From: Anthoceros angustus
Taxonomy: Eukaryota; Plantae; Anthocerotophyta
DNA length: 64,000 nucleotides
Reading direction: 5' to 3'
Assembly: GCA_010909165.1 (NCBI GenBank)
Contig: MU008183.1
Coordinates: 310,001-374,000, forward strand
Numbering within the stretch: the first letter of the stretch is position 1; every line of letters begins with the position of its first letter. This document shows positions 9,682-23,550 of this stretch, piece by piece. The notes beneath the pieces are model-generated. The model saw only the letters and a program-made list of their open reading frames with translations. It was not told the origin of the DNA and did no database searches. The translations under genes and the position numbers were made by a program.

Positions 9682-12673
9682 TGTCGTGGTCCTGGGACTA
9701 GTGACAGTTAAAGTCGTTGGACCGCCTCGTCTTATTCGGATGCCAAATCCTCCATCCAGGTTATATCATCGAAAGTGCATCGGTCATAGGTGCAAGAGAG
9801 CGGAAGATTTCTTTATCGGTTGGATAGGATGGAGTAAGGAATCAACCCAATACGCCAGCTTAAGTGGTGGAAGGCAGGCTAGACGAAGTTGTATGTTAAC
9901 TCAAACCGTCTCAAGTGTGCAAGTAATTCGGCAAGTATCTTTTATTCTTCGATTGCACATCGGACCGGAGCATAATGTGCATGTTTATAGGATAGGTTGC
10001 TCAGGGTGGAGTGAGGTCTTTTTGAGAATACCTAACATACATAGCACAACGTCCTATTGAAATTGAGGGTGTAAATCCTTCTACTCATTCACTCAAATTT
10101 TGGAACTATGAATATATAACCTCTTTGCGATTACCATAATCTCCTCTCATATATTATAATATTTTTATTTTAATAATAGTCAAAGGAATTTAGGTTATTT
10201 AAAATAATCACAAGTGAAATAGGTACTTGAAAACAGAAAGAAATAACTTAAGCAAAAGCACAACTTACAAAGAGAAAAATGCTTTCTAACCATAACAATC
10301 ATTTATTAATACACCGTCTATAGAACCTTTGGGCTGCAAGGGTTTGACAAAAAGATCAAGGACACTCTAGGTGACATCATCAGCCCTGGGGCTTTTTGAG
10401 ATTCTTGCAGGCAATCTTGCCCGATGGTAAGTGTCCCTGCCGATGCAATTTGGAGGCACAAGTCTGCTCTCCCTTGAGGTTTCTTCGCCGGTGGTGTTTT
10501 GGGTACCTGGGCCCTCTCTGCCAAGTTGTGCCCTCGGAGAGCACAACTCCACTCCTGATACACGATCCTCCAAAAAGGGCCTGTTGTGGAGGATGAAACG
10601 GGATATCAAAGGGCCTGTTGTGGAGGATGAAGCAGGATATCCCGTTTCATCCTCCACAACAGCCCTGGAGGATCGTATCGAGTGGAGGAAGGAACCTTCC
10701 CTCTCCAAGTGTCCTTAAGGCTAGGAATATATTACGGGACATGTGCGAGAAAGACTTTCCTCCTTTGATTTATCATCGATAGTTTGGGGTTGTAGGCATC
10801 CATGTTCGAGAAGCAACTTGGCCATGCCTGCTCGCCTTCTTGGACCCCTCCATCCCTAGGTCCACAAAGAGCTCGGCTTTGCTCTTGCTCGGGAAAAGCC
10901 CATGCGCTGGCTATTAGCTCGCCCATGTATTCGGGTTTCACATTGCGGCAACCACCTTCTCTCGCAATGCCATTATATCCGGGCTTGCTCCGACAGGCTT
11001 CTTCCGTCGTTACTGCGAGTAAGGCTCTACCCTTGACGACTTGGGATACACCTTGCTCGTTGGCCCTATGGGGATCATTGCATTGCCACCCACGATGTCA
11101 TCCGCGATGTCATGTTCGCCATAGCTTGTGAAAGTGGTTGCATGGCACGGAGAGCGAGGATATACTCTTCGTCAATTGTCGTGGTCCTGGGACTAGTGAC
11201 AGTTAAAGTCGTTGGACCGCCTCGTCTTATTCGGATGCCAAATCCTCCATCCAGGTTATATCATCGAAAGTGCATCGGTCATAGGTGCAAGAGAGCGGAA
11301 GATTTCTTTATCGGTTGGATAGGATGGAGTAAGGAATCAACCCAATACGCCAGCTTAAGTGGTGGAAGGCAGGCTAGACGAAGTTGTATGTTAACTCAAA
11401 CCGTCTCAAGTGTGCAAGTAATTCGGCAAGTATCTTTTATTCTTGATTGCACATCGGACCGGAGCATAATGTGCATGTTTATAGGATAGGTTGCTCGGGG
11501 TGGAGTGAGGTCTTTTGAGAATACCTAACATACATAGCACAACGTCCTATTGAAATTGAGGGTGTAAATCCTTCTACTCATTCACTCAAATTTTGGAACT
11601 ATGAATATATAACCTCTTTGCGATTACCATAATCTCCTCTCATATATTATAATATTTTTATTTTAATAATAGTCAAAGGAATTTAGGTTATTTAAAATAA
11701 TCACAAGTGAAATAGGTACTTGAAAGCGAAAGAAATAACTTAAGCAAAAGCACAACTTACAAAGAGAAAATGCTTTCTAACCATAACAATCATTTATTAA
11801 TACACCGTCTATAGAACCTTTGCAAGGGTTTGACAAAAGATCAAGGACACTCTAGGTGACATCATCAGCCACAGGGCTTTTTGAGATTCTTGCAGCAATC
11901 TTGCCGATGGTAAGTGTCCCTGCCGATGCAATTTTGGAGGCACAAGTGCCTCTCCCTTGAGGTTTCTTCGCGGTGGTGTTTTGGGTACTGGGCCCTCTCG
12001 CCAAGTTGTGCCTCGAGAGCACAACTCACTCGATACACGATCCTCCAAAAGGGCCTGTGGAGGATGAACGGATATCAAAGGGCTGTTGTGGAGGATGAAG
12101 CAGGATATCCCGTTTCATCCTCCACAACAGGCCCTTTTTGGAGGATCGTGTATCAGGAGTGGAGGAAGGAACCTTCCCTCTCCAAGTGTCCTTAAGGCAG
12201 GCTAGGAATATATTACCAGGACATGTGCAGAAAGACTTTCCTCCTTTCAGATTTATCACTGATAGTTTCAGGGGGTTGTAGGCATCCATGTTCGAGAAGC
12301 AACTTGGCCATGCGTTCTGTTCTGTCTTCTTGGACCCCTCCATCCCTAGGTCCACAAAGAGCTCGGCTTTGCTCTTGCTCTGGGAAAAGCCCATGCGCCT
12401 GGCTATTAGCTCGCCCATGTATTCGGGTTTCACATTGCAGCAACCACCTTCTCTACTGCAATGCCATTATATCTGGGCTTGCTCCAGCTTGTGGCTTCTT
12501 CCGTCGTTACCTGCGAGTAAGGCTCTACCCTTGACGACTTCGGGATACACCTTGCTCGTTGGCCCTATGGGGATCATTGCATTGCCACCCACGATGTCAT
12601 CCGCGATGTCATGTTCGCCATAGCTTGTGAAAGTGGTTGCATGGCCTGGAGAGAGCAGGGATATACTCTTCGT
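9682..12673. repeat. 1495-bp-period tandem duplication (unidentified AT-rich segment plus CRE fragment)
   Basis: 9682-11170 is repeated at 11177-12673. The copies differ mainly by many 1-4 bp indels. Confidence 0.9.
10319..11170 (+). mobile_element. CRE-type non-LTR retrotransposon fragment (post-RT region and zinc knuckle), first copy of the duplication
   Basis: GYTLLVGPMGIIALP antisense/sense frames include HLARWPYGDHCIATHDVIRDVMFAIA; homologous to 49300-50240. Confidence 0.75.
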
Positions 12674-13150
12674 ACAGGTCGGTCAATCAGGGCTGACTTG
12701 TACCTCATCCCCGGCGACTAGGTTTCGGTGGCGCACGAGGTGGTCACTAACTTTGCACGTGATACCGTCTTTGCTTATGTGATCACTAACTATCTAGGTC
12801 TTAAAACGATAGAGCGTTGGTTAAAGGACTTCAATACATTTCTCAAGTCCTGCGCCAAGGCTCATCATGCCCGCAGGCACGGTGCGAGGTTGTCCCTTTC
12901 CTATTTCACGGCGTTCTTTAGACAGCGGGTCTCAATTGCTCTTCAACGTGCCCTCTCCATGGCGATCATTAACAAAGCGGCGACAAGAGGTGACACATCC
13001 TCCTCGTGCTCCGTAGTTTATAAGTCATCTATTCTCATTGCATATGATATTGTAGGCGCAATCGGTGATTTCTCGTAGTGAGCTTAATTGCTTCTTTTCA
13101 CCTCGACCCTCGGGGTCTCCTTTGGTCGTCCTCTGCAAGATGGGCTTTTA
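11816..13150 (+). mobile_element. 5'-truncated CRE-type non-LTR retrotransposon reaching the RLE domain and 3' UTR
   Basis: THDVIRDVMF, FTAFFRQRVSIALQRALS; 3' UTR gtagtgagcttaattgcttcttttcacctcgaccc...agatgggc matches 50697-50765. Confidence 0.8.
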
Positions 13151-14019
13151 TATCAATTTTGGCCGATGAGACATGTTTAGTATACATTTCGGCTTATCAT
13201 TATGTTAAGAATCATAAACCTATTTTTAATGGCTGTTAAAAATTTTATTCAAATTATATTAAAATATCTAATACAAATACACCTCTTCGACAGAAAATAT
13301 AATCTACAATGAAAGTGTGTTTTTCGTTCACCAATTTGCACCTGAAAGAAATACTGCACTAGGAAAGAACATGTGGAACACACAAACAGCGACAGAGGCG
13401 AACACAGCTGGAACGGGGTGGAGCGGCGACTGCGACCGTGGGGTTCTTCAATCGAGTCATAACTGGGTTGTGTGAAACCGTGGTCATTTTTGGTTTTAGC
13501 GGGAAAAGGTGTGCATGGTTATTTCGGTGCTGCATCCGCACCCGGTGTTTCCTCCCCGCTGTTCGCTCCGGCTGGCAGCTCACACGAGCACGCAATTGCT
13601 CCCTCACGACACCTCTAAGCCTCCAGAACCTCACCAAGAATTTTCCTCGGGAACCTTGCTCTGCAGTCCATGTGCTTTGGCTGCTTCCGGTGACTGACCG
13701 ACCTACCTGAATCAGGTCGGTGTTGCCGCTCCTTCAAATTCTTGTTCCGCTTGCTCAAAATTGTGCCTGCATAGCTCGCTCTTGTTGCACGCATAGCTCG
13801 TTGAGTGGACAATCATCTTCCAACATTGGAGACGCTGTTGTTGCCGCATGCATGCCCCGATTGCCAGACTTGTTTGGTGATGTCCTGGAGGTTTGTGGTG
13901 TTTTGACGACATCTATCAGGCTCGGGCTTCACAGCTGTGGCTCTTACCAGGTCGGGCTTGGCCAGGAGAAAGACATTTTCCTGGAGCGGGGACGTCGCTG
14001 GTGCGGGCTAGTTTAATGT

Positions 14020-15576
14020 ATGCTTGCTGATCAAGAAGGCGGAATGGTGGCCCGAAGGTCAGTGGAGTGGATTTTAGGAACCGCAGACGGCCGAGTTCTG
14101 TTGGCCATTGCCCTGGTTGCGGTTCTTGTTTTCGAGCAGGTGAGGTATGCAAGGAAAGGGAGGCAATTGCCAGGGCCTGCGTTTTTCTGGCCTTTCTTGG
14201 GAGGCGTCGTTGCCATGGTGAACGATCCGACGAAATTTTGGGAGGCGCAGGCCGCCTCTGCCAAGAAAGTTGGCCTGTCTTGGAACGTGCTCTTTGGGAG
14301 GTTCGTGTTGTTTATCAGGGATTCGGACATGTCGCACAAGGTGTTTACCAATGTCAGGCCAGAGTTCTTTCAGCTGGTCGGTCATCCGTTTGGGAAGAAG
14401 ATTTTCGGGGAGCGCAATCTGATTTTTATGTTTGGAGAGGAGCACAAGGACTTGAGGCGGAGGCTGGCTCCCTTGTTCACTGTCAAGGCTTTGGGAGTTT
14501 ACGTCTCCATACAGGAAGCCACAATTCGGCGGCACATTCGGAAGTGGATACAGGCAGCGAAGGAAAGTGGGAGCGAGCCCGTGCAGCTGAGAAATCTCTG
14601 CAGGGACCTGAATTTGGAAACGTCACAGAATGTTTTCGTCGGCCCTTACCTGACGCAGGAAGCCAGGGTGCAATTTTACAACGACTACTACCTCTTCAAC
14701 GTCGGCCTCATGAGTCTGCCTATCTATTTCCCCGGATTCGCCTTCTACAAGGCAACTCATGCTGTGCAGAGGCTGATCAACGCGTTAGGGGATTGTGCCC
14801 GGCAGAGCAAGCGGAGGATGAGTGAGGGTGAAGAACCAAGCTGTCTGATTGATTTTTGGATGGTAGAAACAGTTCAAGAAATCCGGGAAGCAGAAGCAGC
14901 AGGCCTGCCTCCACCTCCACATAGCTCTGATTCCGACATAGGGCAGCACATATTCGACTTCCTCTTCGCTGCACAAGATGCATCTACCTCCTCGCTGGTG
15001 TGGGCAGCGACTCTGTTGGAGTCTCACCCGGAGGTGCTGGCCAAGATCAGGCAGGAGGTTAGCAGTCAGGCATCAAGCCCTAGCTTCTCGCCTGAGCAGC
15101 TGCGCCAGCTCAAGTACACAGAGATGGTGGTGAAGGAGGTGCTGAGGTTTCGTCCCCCTGCCACCATGGTGCCCCATGTTGCCACTGCTCCCTTCCAGCT
15201 CACAGACACCTACACCGTCCCAAAGGGCACCATTGTCTTCCCTTCCCTCTTCGACTCCTCCTTCCAGGGCTTCACCAACCCTCACTCGTTCGACCCGGAC
15301 AGGTTTTCTGCAGAAAGGCAGGAGGATGTTGTGTTCAAGAAGAACTGGCTTCTGTTTGGAGCAGGGCCCCACCAGTGCATTGGACAGCGCTACGCCATCA
15401 ACCACCTCATGCTCTTCACTGCTCTCTTCTCAAGCAGTGTGGACTGGACCCGAGTGCGCACACCTGGCTGTGACGACCTCACCTACACGCCAACCATTGC
15501 TCCCAAGGATGGCTGTTTGATTTGTCTGGCTGAGCACCGAGATGGGCAGGAAGTAGACGGAACGAGATCACATTGA
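14020..15576 (+). CDS. CYP710A: Cytochrome P450 CYP710 family, sterol C22-desaturase (intronless)
   Basis: 518-aa ORF with FDFLFAAQDASTSS (I helix typical of CYP710), EVLR, FDPDRF and heme motif FGAGPHQCIG. Confidence 0.95.
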   Translation: MLADQEGGMVARRSVEWILGTADGRVLLAIALVAVLVFEQVRYARKGRQLPGPAFFWPFLGGVVAMVNDPTKFWEAQAASAKKVGLSWNVLFGRFVLFIRDSDMSHKVFTNVRPEFFQLVGHPFGKKIFGERNLIFMFGEEHKDLRRRLAPLFTVKALGVYVSIQEATIRRHIRKWIQAAKESGSEPVQLRNLCRDLNLETSQNVFVGPYLTQEARVQFYNDYYLFNVGLMSLPIYFPGFAFYKATHAVQRLINALGDCARQSKRRMSEGEEPSCLIDFWMVETVQEIREAEAAGLPPPPHSSDSDIGQHIFDFLFAAQDASTSSLVWAATLLESHPEVLAKIRQEVSSQASSPSFSPEQLRQLKYTEMVVKEVLRFRPPATMVPHVATAPFQLTDTYTVPKGTIVFPSLFDSSFQGFTNPHSFDPDRFSAERQEDVVFKKNWLLFGAGPHQCIGQRYAINHLMLFTALFSSSVDWTRVRTPGCDDLTYTPTIAPKDGCLICLAEHRDGQEVDGTRSH

Positions 15577-16056
15577 TCCTCTCGAGTCTGCCCTTTGTAA
15601 CTATAGACCCCTAGGATGTTCTCGATTGAACCAGCGTGAGTCGATTTTTTGTATCCTATTTTAAATTCTATATAGACTCCATGTAGGCCATTGTCCACGG
15701 ACTGCGGCCGGCCGTCCGTTGGTCGTTGGCGCGTCGCGGAAGCGACATGCTCCCGAACGTTTCCAGACCTAACGCTCCCTTCGATGCAGGGCTGCAGCGA
15801 AAGCGAAGAAGATGGTGGCACTGAGTTTTCCACATCTGGAAAAAATGAGCGCTTCTGGAACCACACTCAGGCCGCCTCTTACTGACGCCGAATGTGCTGT
15901 GATTCTCGCCAGTAGCAGAAATCTGGCGTGTTCTCTTGTCAACTTGTCTCACACACTTCGGCGGATGCCGGCTGCTGAGCTTTTCCCAGAAGCGGATGCC
16001 TAGGGGATTGATTGTGCCGTAGACGGCAGGGCTCGTCACGGGGAGGTCCTGCAGAG

Positions 16057-19000
16057 ATGGCGATGCGGGTGAGATGCAGCATCCCAGAAGCTCACACATT
16101 GCCTATTCTCTGTGTGGCTTTCAACAGTGACCGATGTGAGATATTCAGCGGCTCCGAGGACTGCCTCATCAAGGTGATGGGAGTTACAAGTCTAACCACT
16201 GCCCTTAAAACGGAATTCCTTGCCTCCAGAGTGGAGTCTCAGATGCCATTGGGCGCATTTTCTTGCGTACCCAAGCATTGTTAGGGTTTGGCAATATGGT
16301 GGGCCCTTGTTGCTTGGGTTCTACGGTACTGAGCTGGGTGAGGAGCTGGTGGCCCAGGTTTGGGATGTCGACACGGGAAAGTACCAGAGGACCCTCCAAG
16401 GGCACCAGAACTGGGTGGTGGACATTGTCTACGCTGCTTCTGTGCAAATTCTCTTCTCCGGGTCTCTTGATGGCAACATCATCGTCTGGTCTGACAGGGG
16501 TAAAATGCTCCAGGTACAAAGCCAGAAGTTTCGGGCTACCCAGTCAGTTTGAAAATGGGTATTGCAGCTCCTTCAGCTGGCACACAATTCTGAGAACTTA
16601 GCTGTTGTCACTACTATCAGGTACAAGAGTTTGGGGGCCCAGTGCACAGCTTGGCATTCGAGGCCAAGCGGAAAATTCTCGTGGCGGGTGGTAGGGGAGT
16701 GGTGCAACTGCACCGGGTGTTGCGGTCATCTGCAAACTATGTTAAGAAGTCAGCAAGCTCGAAGGCAGCGACGCACGGGCAGGTGATGGGAGATGCCCCA
16801 CAATTTGACCGGCAGGTTGACATTTAGGGCATCGTGGTCCTAGTTCTAATGCCCCAGCGTCTCTCTGCAGGCCAAGTTCCTGCAGTTGAGCTGCTATCTG
16901 TGCAATCACAAAGACGTTGTCCAGTCTATCAGCTGTGCAGAAAATGGACGTGTCTTCACCACAGGGTACCCACGACAAAGTGCTCACGCTTCACACTTAG
17001 TACTAGTTTGAATAGTTGATGCAGTGGTCCCACACTGAGCTATACGACGCTGTTGCAGTTACGACAAGAAAATCTGCTTCTTTGACAGCGAAAAGCCTCA
17101 AGAGACTTTGAAGGAGGTGAAGAAAAGCCATACTGTAAGCTTCAGTAGTTATCCCAGACTTCAACATTCATCCATGGTCCTCTGTAGGACTGCACAACAT
17201 AGGTGCAATAACCGCAGCAACTAGACATAGCTGCATATGCATGGGGACGTGACGTCAGCTTCTCCAGATTAAAGGCTCATCCATGTCTCTGCAGGTATCA
17301 TGAATGCATTACGGATTTCTGCAAGACGCATTGATGCCAATTTCTGCTTATCGGGCATGAACAAACTCCTTGAATGCAGGGGGGAATCAGTGCCTCCGCT
17401 TATGATACCGACGGCAAATGGTTGTTGACTGGCTGCTATGACGGAACTCTCAAAATCTGGAGTCATGAAGGCCATTGTCTGGACATCTTTCACAAACTCA
17501 GTGACGGCATCACCTCAATTGCCTTTATCGCGGCAACACGTTGCTACTGGGTAACTTCCAAGTCGGGGTGAGTGCTTGGAATTTCCACTTAGCCAGTGCT
17601 GGACGATTGCCGTCCTTACTCCTTTCAGATTTTGTTGCTTACAGCCTTAAGTTGCTCGCCGTTGCCTTGCAGCAACGTTAACGTGATTGATCCCCTGGCA
17701 CCTGCGAACGTGACAGAGTGGGTTATGGAAACAAGTTCCTTCCATCAGCTGGCCTTAAGCAAAGTGAGCAGTAGCAGAAAGAAATGAGCAGCTAGAACGC
17801 TTAATAGCCAGAGCATCATGCATATGATTCTCCGTGATCACAGATCTCTGATTATAGTGTCGTCTCGCAGGTGCACCCTGCTGTATCCAAGAATGTGGTG
17901 TTTGGCATCACCTATCAAAGGGAGATCATTGTGTGGAGATACAACCACTTTTCCACCCACAGACTAATGCGGGGCCACCATGACTGGGTGGAATCCATGG
18001 CCATTGCCACCAGACGACCAGCTAAGGACCGTGTGCTAGGTGTAGCCGCCGCCCAGGGAGGCAGAGGTAGTCAGATATCTCTCAAAGATCGCCTTGCTCA
18101 GCAGCGGCGTGAAGCTGATTCCATTCGGAAAAAGAGCAGTTTAATGAAGCAGAAGCTATCAGCAGCGGCAGCTGACAACCCGGCTCTGGCTGCTATTCTT
18201 GGGCAAGCCAGCCAACGACCCTCAACGTCAGGTGGCTCTACAGCCCGACTCAGCAATGCAACAACCCCGAGGAGATCGGTTTCTGCACAGGGCCCGAGGC
18301 ACAGTGGCGACCTGAAGCAGCAAAGTCCACGTCCATCAGCTGAGAACGCAACCGGGCAGATGGATGACAAAGGTTCTCCAGCATTTGCTAGATTCCTGTT
18401 TACAGTCCACCCGGCGTAGGATTCATGCTAACCGTCCCAAGGCAAGCTGCCTGCATGATATGACTGGGCCTCAAATGACTTTGTTTCAGCGGTCCCGACA
18501 CCGGAGAGGAGGACTCCCAGGTCCCGACTCAGTATACCCTCTCCAAGGTCCAGCATAGCAGCACAGAAGCAAGCTGAAGCTCTCAAGAAATTGGCAACGA
18601 AGAGGGCCCCAAGCTTGGAGACAACAAGGCTGCTACCAGACGTTGAGATATATACTGGAAGCGCAGATGGGTCCATCTTGAAATGGATTCCCAACACTGA
18701 CATCTGCAAGGACACATGGACAATGCAAGAATTTGCCCAGCACCGCAGCCGCAACACAGTCCTCTGCATGATCCATCATCCCACTTTGGATGTGATCATC
18801 ACAGGTTAGCGTGTCCTCCTGAAAGCTTGCAATGGTGCCGTGCATTTATCAGCCATCGCATTGCTGGATTTTGGTGCTGGCATTCGTAACTGCGTGGAAG
18901 GCTTCCACGTCTAGGAGCATACCAGTCTTTCAAGTAAGATACTCTCGGTTGGTGCAGGTGTGGCTTATTACCAGAGTCTGATGCTGTAGGATCTGAAGAC

Positions 19001-20315
19001 GCTCTCCTCAGGATTTGGAATCTGGATGGTCATCCAGGTGGTGGCAGGTCACGAGCAGAGGGTGGAACTAGCGGTCCTGACATTCTCCAGGGCCACAATG
19101 ACAAAGTGACCGGCCTCGCTGCCTGCAGGAACATGGTACGAATTTGCCTCTCACCTTCTTTATCATGCCAGCACCCAACTTCTGCTCACGTCTGGAATAC
19201 GGGTGAGCAGGTCCTCATGTCGGTATCATACGACCGGTGCCTGCGGTGGTGGGATCTGGTTACTCGCTTACCACTAGAAATCATCGACGAGGCGAACGAC
19301 ACTCCAATTGAGGTTTGGGTTCAGCATCTGCACATCTACGAGCCCTTTCACCAGCTCGGATTAGGGTTTTAAAGCTTGATTGACCCTCTGCAGCACCTGG
19401 AGTATAACCACGATCGAGAAGAAGTGGCGCTGTGCGGGGGAGACGACTCTGTGAAAGTGTGGGAAGTGGTACCACGGAAGCTGAGCTATGTGTTGAAAGA
19501 GTCTTTTGGGTGTGTGAAACACGTAAGTCACCACTTCCTGTCACTTCAGTGCTTTCTCACTAAACAATCTATCCGCCTCATGGACAGCCATGACCTTTCT
19601 TCAGGTGCGATGGTGTTCCAGCTTCAGACGGTGGGTAACCGCGACGGACCACGGCACCATCTCCGTCTGGGATCCCAAAACCCAGGACCGGTTGTACACC
19701 AACTGCTACAAAAATCAACCCATCACCTCCCTGCTGGTGGACGAGGTCAATCAGAGAATACTGGTGAGCTACATGTTTGATTTCGCAATCAGGGCCCACA
19801 CCATGGACCTGAATGACGAGGAACTGTGCGCCTATACCGGCCACACAGACCAGGTTCACGCCATCTTACACCTAAGCACCAGAAACCAGTACCTGTCCGC
19901 ATCCTGCGACAAGACCGTCCGGGTCTGGTTAGCACCCGAGTCAGAGAGGAAACCTGCTGTCCCTACAATACTGACAAAAGAGGCTCCCAAACCAAAACGG
20001 CCAGTCTGGGACGCCCCAGACAAAGAAGCCGAGGTCAAGTACATGAGTGCCTATGAAAGGACACACCCCCTTGTCATGCCAGCCATCCTTCAGAGGGCAA
20101 TTCTGAAACGAAGGTCTGGGACAAGAGAGGCCCTGGGGCTGGGTGAAGTCAGCATGTTGGACACACTCACGCGGCCGAAGGGAATGATAACGCCCAGAGA
20201 AGATGAACCTGTCGGCGAGAAGACTGTCCTTCAGCTTGCCTTGATTGATAGGCTGATTGAGTTGGAGAACGACCTTCAGCCGCCAGAACCTGCCGTGTAC
20301 GGCATCACTTGGTGA
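16057..20315 (+). CDS. Large multi-exon WD40-repeat protein, possibly cilia-associated
   Basis: Many WD repeats ([69 protein letters not shown]) across GT-AG exons. The cilia role is a guess. Confidence 0.85.
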
Positions 20316-20476
20316 TTCTCAAACAGGCCCCTGGGGTATGGAAATAAAACAAACTTTCCCAATAATGCCATTTGATCATCTTGAATCTCGCACTACCCAC
20401 CAGCTACAAGATGACCCTAGGAGGCACTCAATCTGGTATGTTACATATCCGAGAAGACAAAACTGAAAGCAGCATA

Positions 20477-23400
20477 TCAGAACGATTTCTGCTTCCTCCT
20501 CTTCACGTTCAAAGTCGGGCCAGATTGTGCTAACCGCTTTCCAAGATTGCCTCTCGCTTTGCGCTTATGGGACAGTCCCTCATCAGCCGGCGCATCTTCG
20601 TCAGGCTCGTCAACCGGGACAGCTGTCTTTCTGCGCTTGCGACTCCTACCTGCTGGTGCAATGTCACCCGTAGTCCCCAGGTCGACTGGGCCAAGCTCTA
20701 CGTTTTCCTCCGCCTTTTTCTTCGTAGGCAACCCCATTTCTACTTGAACGTTCTTGAGCAAGTCTTCCCAGGTAATGTTTTCATCATCTGCACTTTCACC
20801 ACCAGCTTCATTCGTAACACTACTTTTCTTTTCACCATCCGTCTCTCGTAGCTCAGAGAGATCTACTTTGTCACCATCCTCCTCTTCTGAGACTTCATCT
20901 TCTGAGACCTCGTCTTCTGAGACCTCGTCTTCACTCCCTACAAATCCATCCTCACTACGCAACTCCTCAAGGGCATCTGCCCCTTCATCTTCTTTATCGA
21001 AGAAGTTTCTTTGAAATGGGACCCTTTGCCTTTGCTGCTTTGCAACAACCTCCTGTATAACTGCTTCTGCTGCAGCCTGCTTGGGTTCACTGTTGTCAGC
21101 GGTCTTCTGCTCTGCACCCTTGGAGTCATCTGCTGGGGATGCTTCCAAAAGCACAGCATCTTTAGCACCTTCTTCGGAACCAGCTGGCTCATGTTCACCA
21201 CGAGGAGGAGGGATGAAGAAAGGGATCCTGCCTCTTTGCCAGTCGAAAAGCACCATCTTCGCTGCTGTGTTCAGATCTGGTTCTCCCCCCTGCATGGACA
21301 AGATGACTAAAGCTGAGAATTTTCACAAGCAACCTACTTCCCCTCTCAGGTGCACGACCCGAAAAAATTTGCGATGTACTACAGAAACATACACGCAACA
21401 GCTTCCCGGATTGGCGACACAGCTGAGTGAGAAAATCTTCGTCGTCCTCCCTGGAAAAATGTAGACCCACTGAGATTGCAGCTCTACAGCAGCAGCAAGG
21501 CAAGAACTTGCGGCAAGAAGTGCTGCAGAAAAATACCACTCCTTTATCTTGTATGCTCGTATGAGATACTCTTTCTTCACTCGTCGTAAAACTTCACAAA
21601 TATGTCCCGTTGCATCCTCCAGGTTTCCCACTCGTACCTGCCACACACGATTTATGATCTTCAGATTGTAGCTTCAGCACCATCAGACTGAGAATGCATT
21701 TCACAAAAAGCTGTGACCACATACCACCCCTTTGAGAACAACATCGGTTTCACTGTCCTGACTCCTATACACCACGCCAGGGCAGTCAATGAGGAATATA
21801 CGCTTCGTTAAGGTGATATACTGCCAAACTTTTGTCTCTCCCGGTATTGGTGCCACCTTACATACCTGCAAGAACCACCCATGCAATGCGCATGAGGCTA
21901 CAAGTAATGAGTAGGATGTAACGGAAAAGCACCCTTGCATATCCCAATTATTTAGTGTACTTCAAGCCTCTCATTCTGCCTTCACTTGCTGCACTCACCT
22001 TCTTAGTCCGCAGAGTGTTGATAACGGATGACTTGCCAACATTGGGGTAGCCAACAAAACCAACTGAGATAGCTTGCTTGTCACTCTTAAGGCGAGCATA
22101 CTGTCTTAAGAGACCAAGAAGTGAACCCTGCATCAAACAGCAAGCAGCCAGAAACATGTTTTGAGTTTTGCCTGCAGACTGACGAGCAAGGCAGAAAGAC
22201 AAAGTAGAGAGAAGATTACCTTCCCAAACGGATTGGTCACACTCGCATGGAAAGCCAAGGTAGGAAACTCCCTGGATAGCGTATGCAGCCACCCTTTTGT
22301 GGCCCAAGATGGCACCAAATCACACTGCCCAACACATCCACATACAGCTGTAATTGAGACGTAGTTTGCAGACTGTAGTAAGCGGGCAGATCATGAGCTG
22401 CTAAACGAGCAACAGCACAACATACCTTGTTTAGCAAGAAAATGAGGTGCTTCTGCTTGCAATTGTCTCGGAGGTGCTTTTCCAGATGGCGACAACGAGT
22501 GCCTTGTGGATCCCGTGCATCAAGTACCTGTCTCAAAAGAAAAAAATTCAGTAAAACGTTTCGGAATTTCTGTGAACATTTAAACACCCAGCTAACCGAG
22601 ACCCAACAACGTGCAGCTCTGACCTGAACAACCACATCCGAGGAATCAACCACCTTGTAAAGCTCCCCCCAAATACGCTTGCTCTGCCCCTTATCAAACA
22701 TGCTGTGCCTTGCTGCATCACGTGCACCGTCTTCGAGCACCGGTCCTTCCCCAGAACTTTTAACCTCAAAAGTGTCTGCCAATATCCCGCAGTCAACGAG
22801 ACAGTCGTGATCCAGGACCTCTAAGTCGGCTCACTACTGAATCCGGAACATCACAGGTACGAGCAAATAAACAGACAAACCTTGCACCCCAGCAGCTCTA
22901 TCTACTAAACTAGCATAGTCTTCTGCAGCCAGCGTAGGTCGTCTGCGTTTCATCTTTGGCCCAAAAGCGGCATCAAACGGTACAAGATCTAAAACACCCC
23001 CTTTCCTTCCAGGTTGCTGGAGCACACAACAATGAGTTCAGAACGGGCCAGAAACCGGTGCCTACCACGGAAACAAACTGGAACAAAGCATGGTTCAACC
23101 TTTTTGTTGTCATTCAACAGGGCAAGCGGCAGCCTCTTCTCTTTCAACACTACGGCATAAGGATTCGCCACTGTAGTTCGCATCTCCTCCCTGAACCTAT
23201 CCAGCTCTTTCTGCCCCACAACCCTTGTGTTTCCTGCAAGCCATCCAGCCACTCTTAAGCAAGCTCCCTCTCACCCACCATCCAGGCAAGAAAATTCACT
23301 CCAGCAAAATCGAAAGCCCACCAAACCAGCGTCTGTCAGGCTGAATCCTGGTGGACGGCAAAGCCTGCGACTGCAGTTCGTGGTGCTTAATGTGCCCTTT

Positions 23401-23550
23401 GCTGTCCCGCACAGGCCGCTTCTTGTACATGTTGAGCCGGCGCACAGTGGCCGAGCTCCTGGCCCCGCCCTTGCCATCCCTGCGCTGCTCATCGAGGGAA
23501 TGCTTCGGCTTCCCTTTCACCGCCGGGGACTTGGTTTTCTTCTTCCCCAT
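20477..23550 (-). CDS. NOG2: Nucleolar GTP-binding protein 2 (NOG2/NUG2/GNL2), multi-exon
   Basis: [83 protein letters not shown]; acidic C-terminal tail. Confidence 0.95.

Noticed and set aside
14031-15520. Overlapping ORFs around CYP710 (e.g. 14067-14825)
   Set aside because: Shadow frames of a GC-rich coding gene; no independent motifs.
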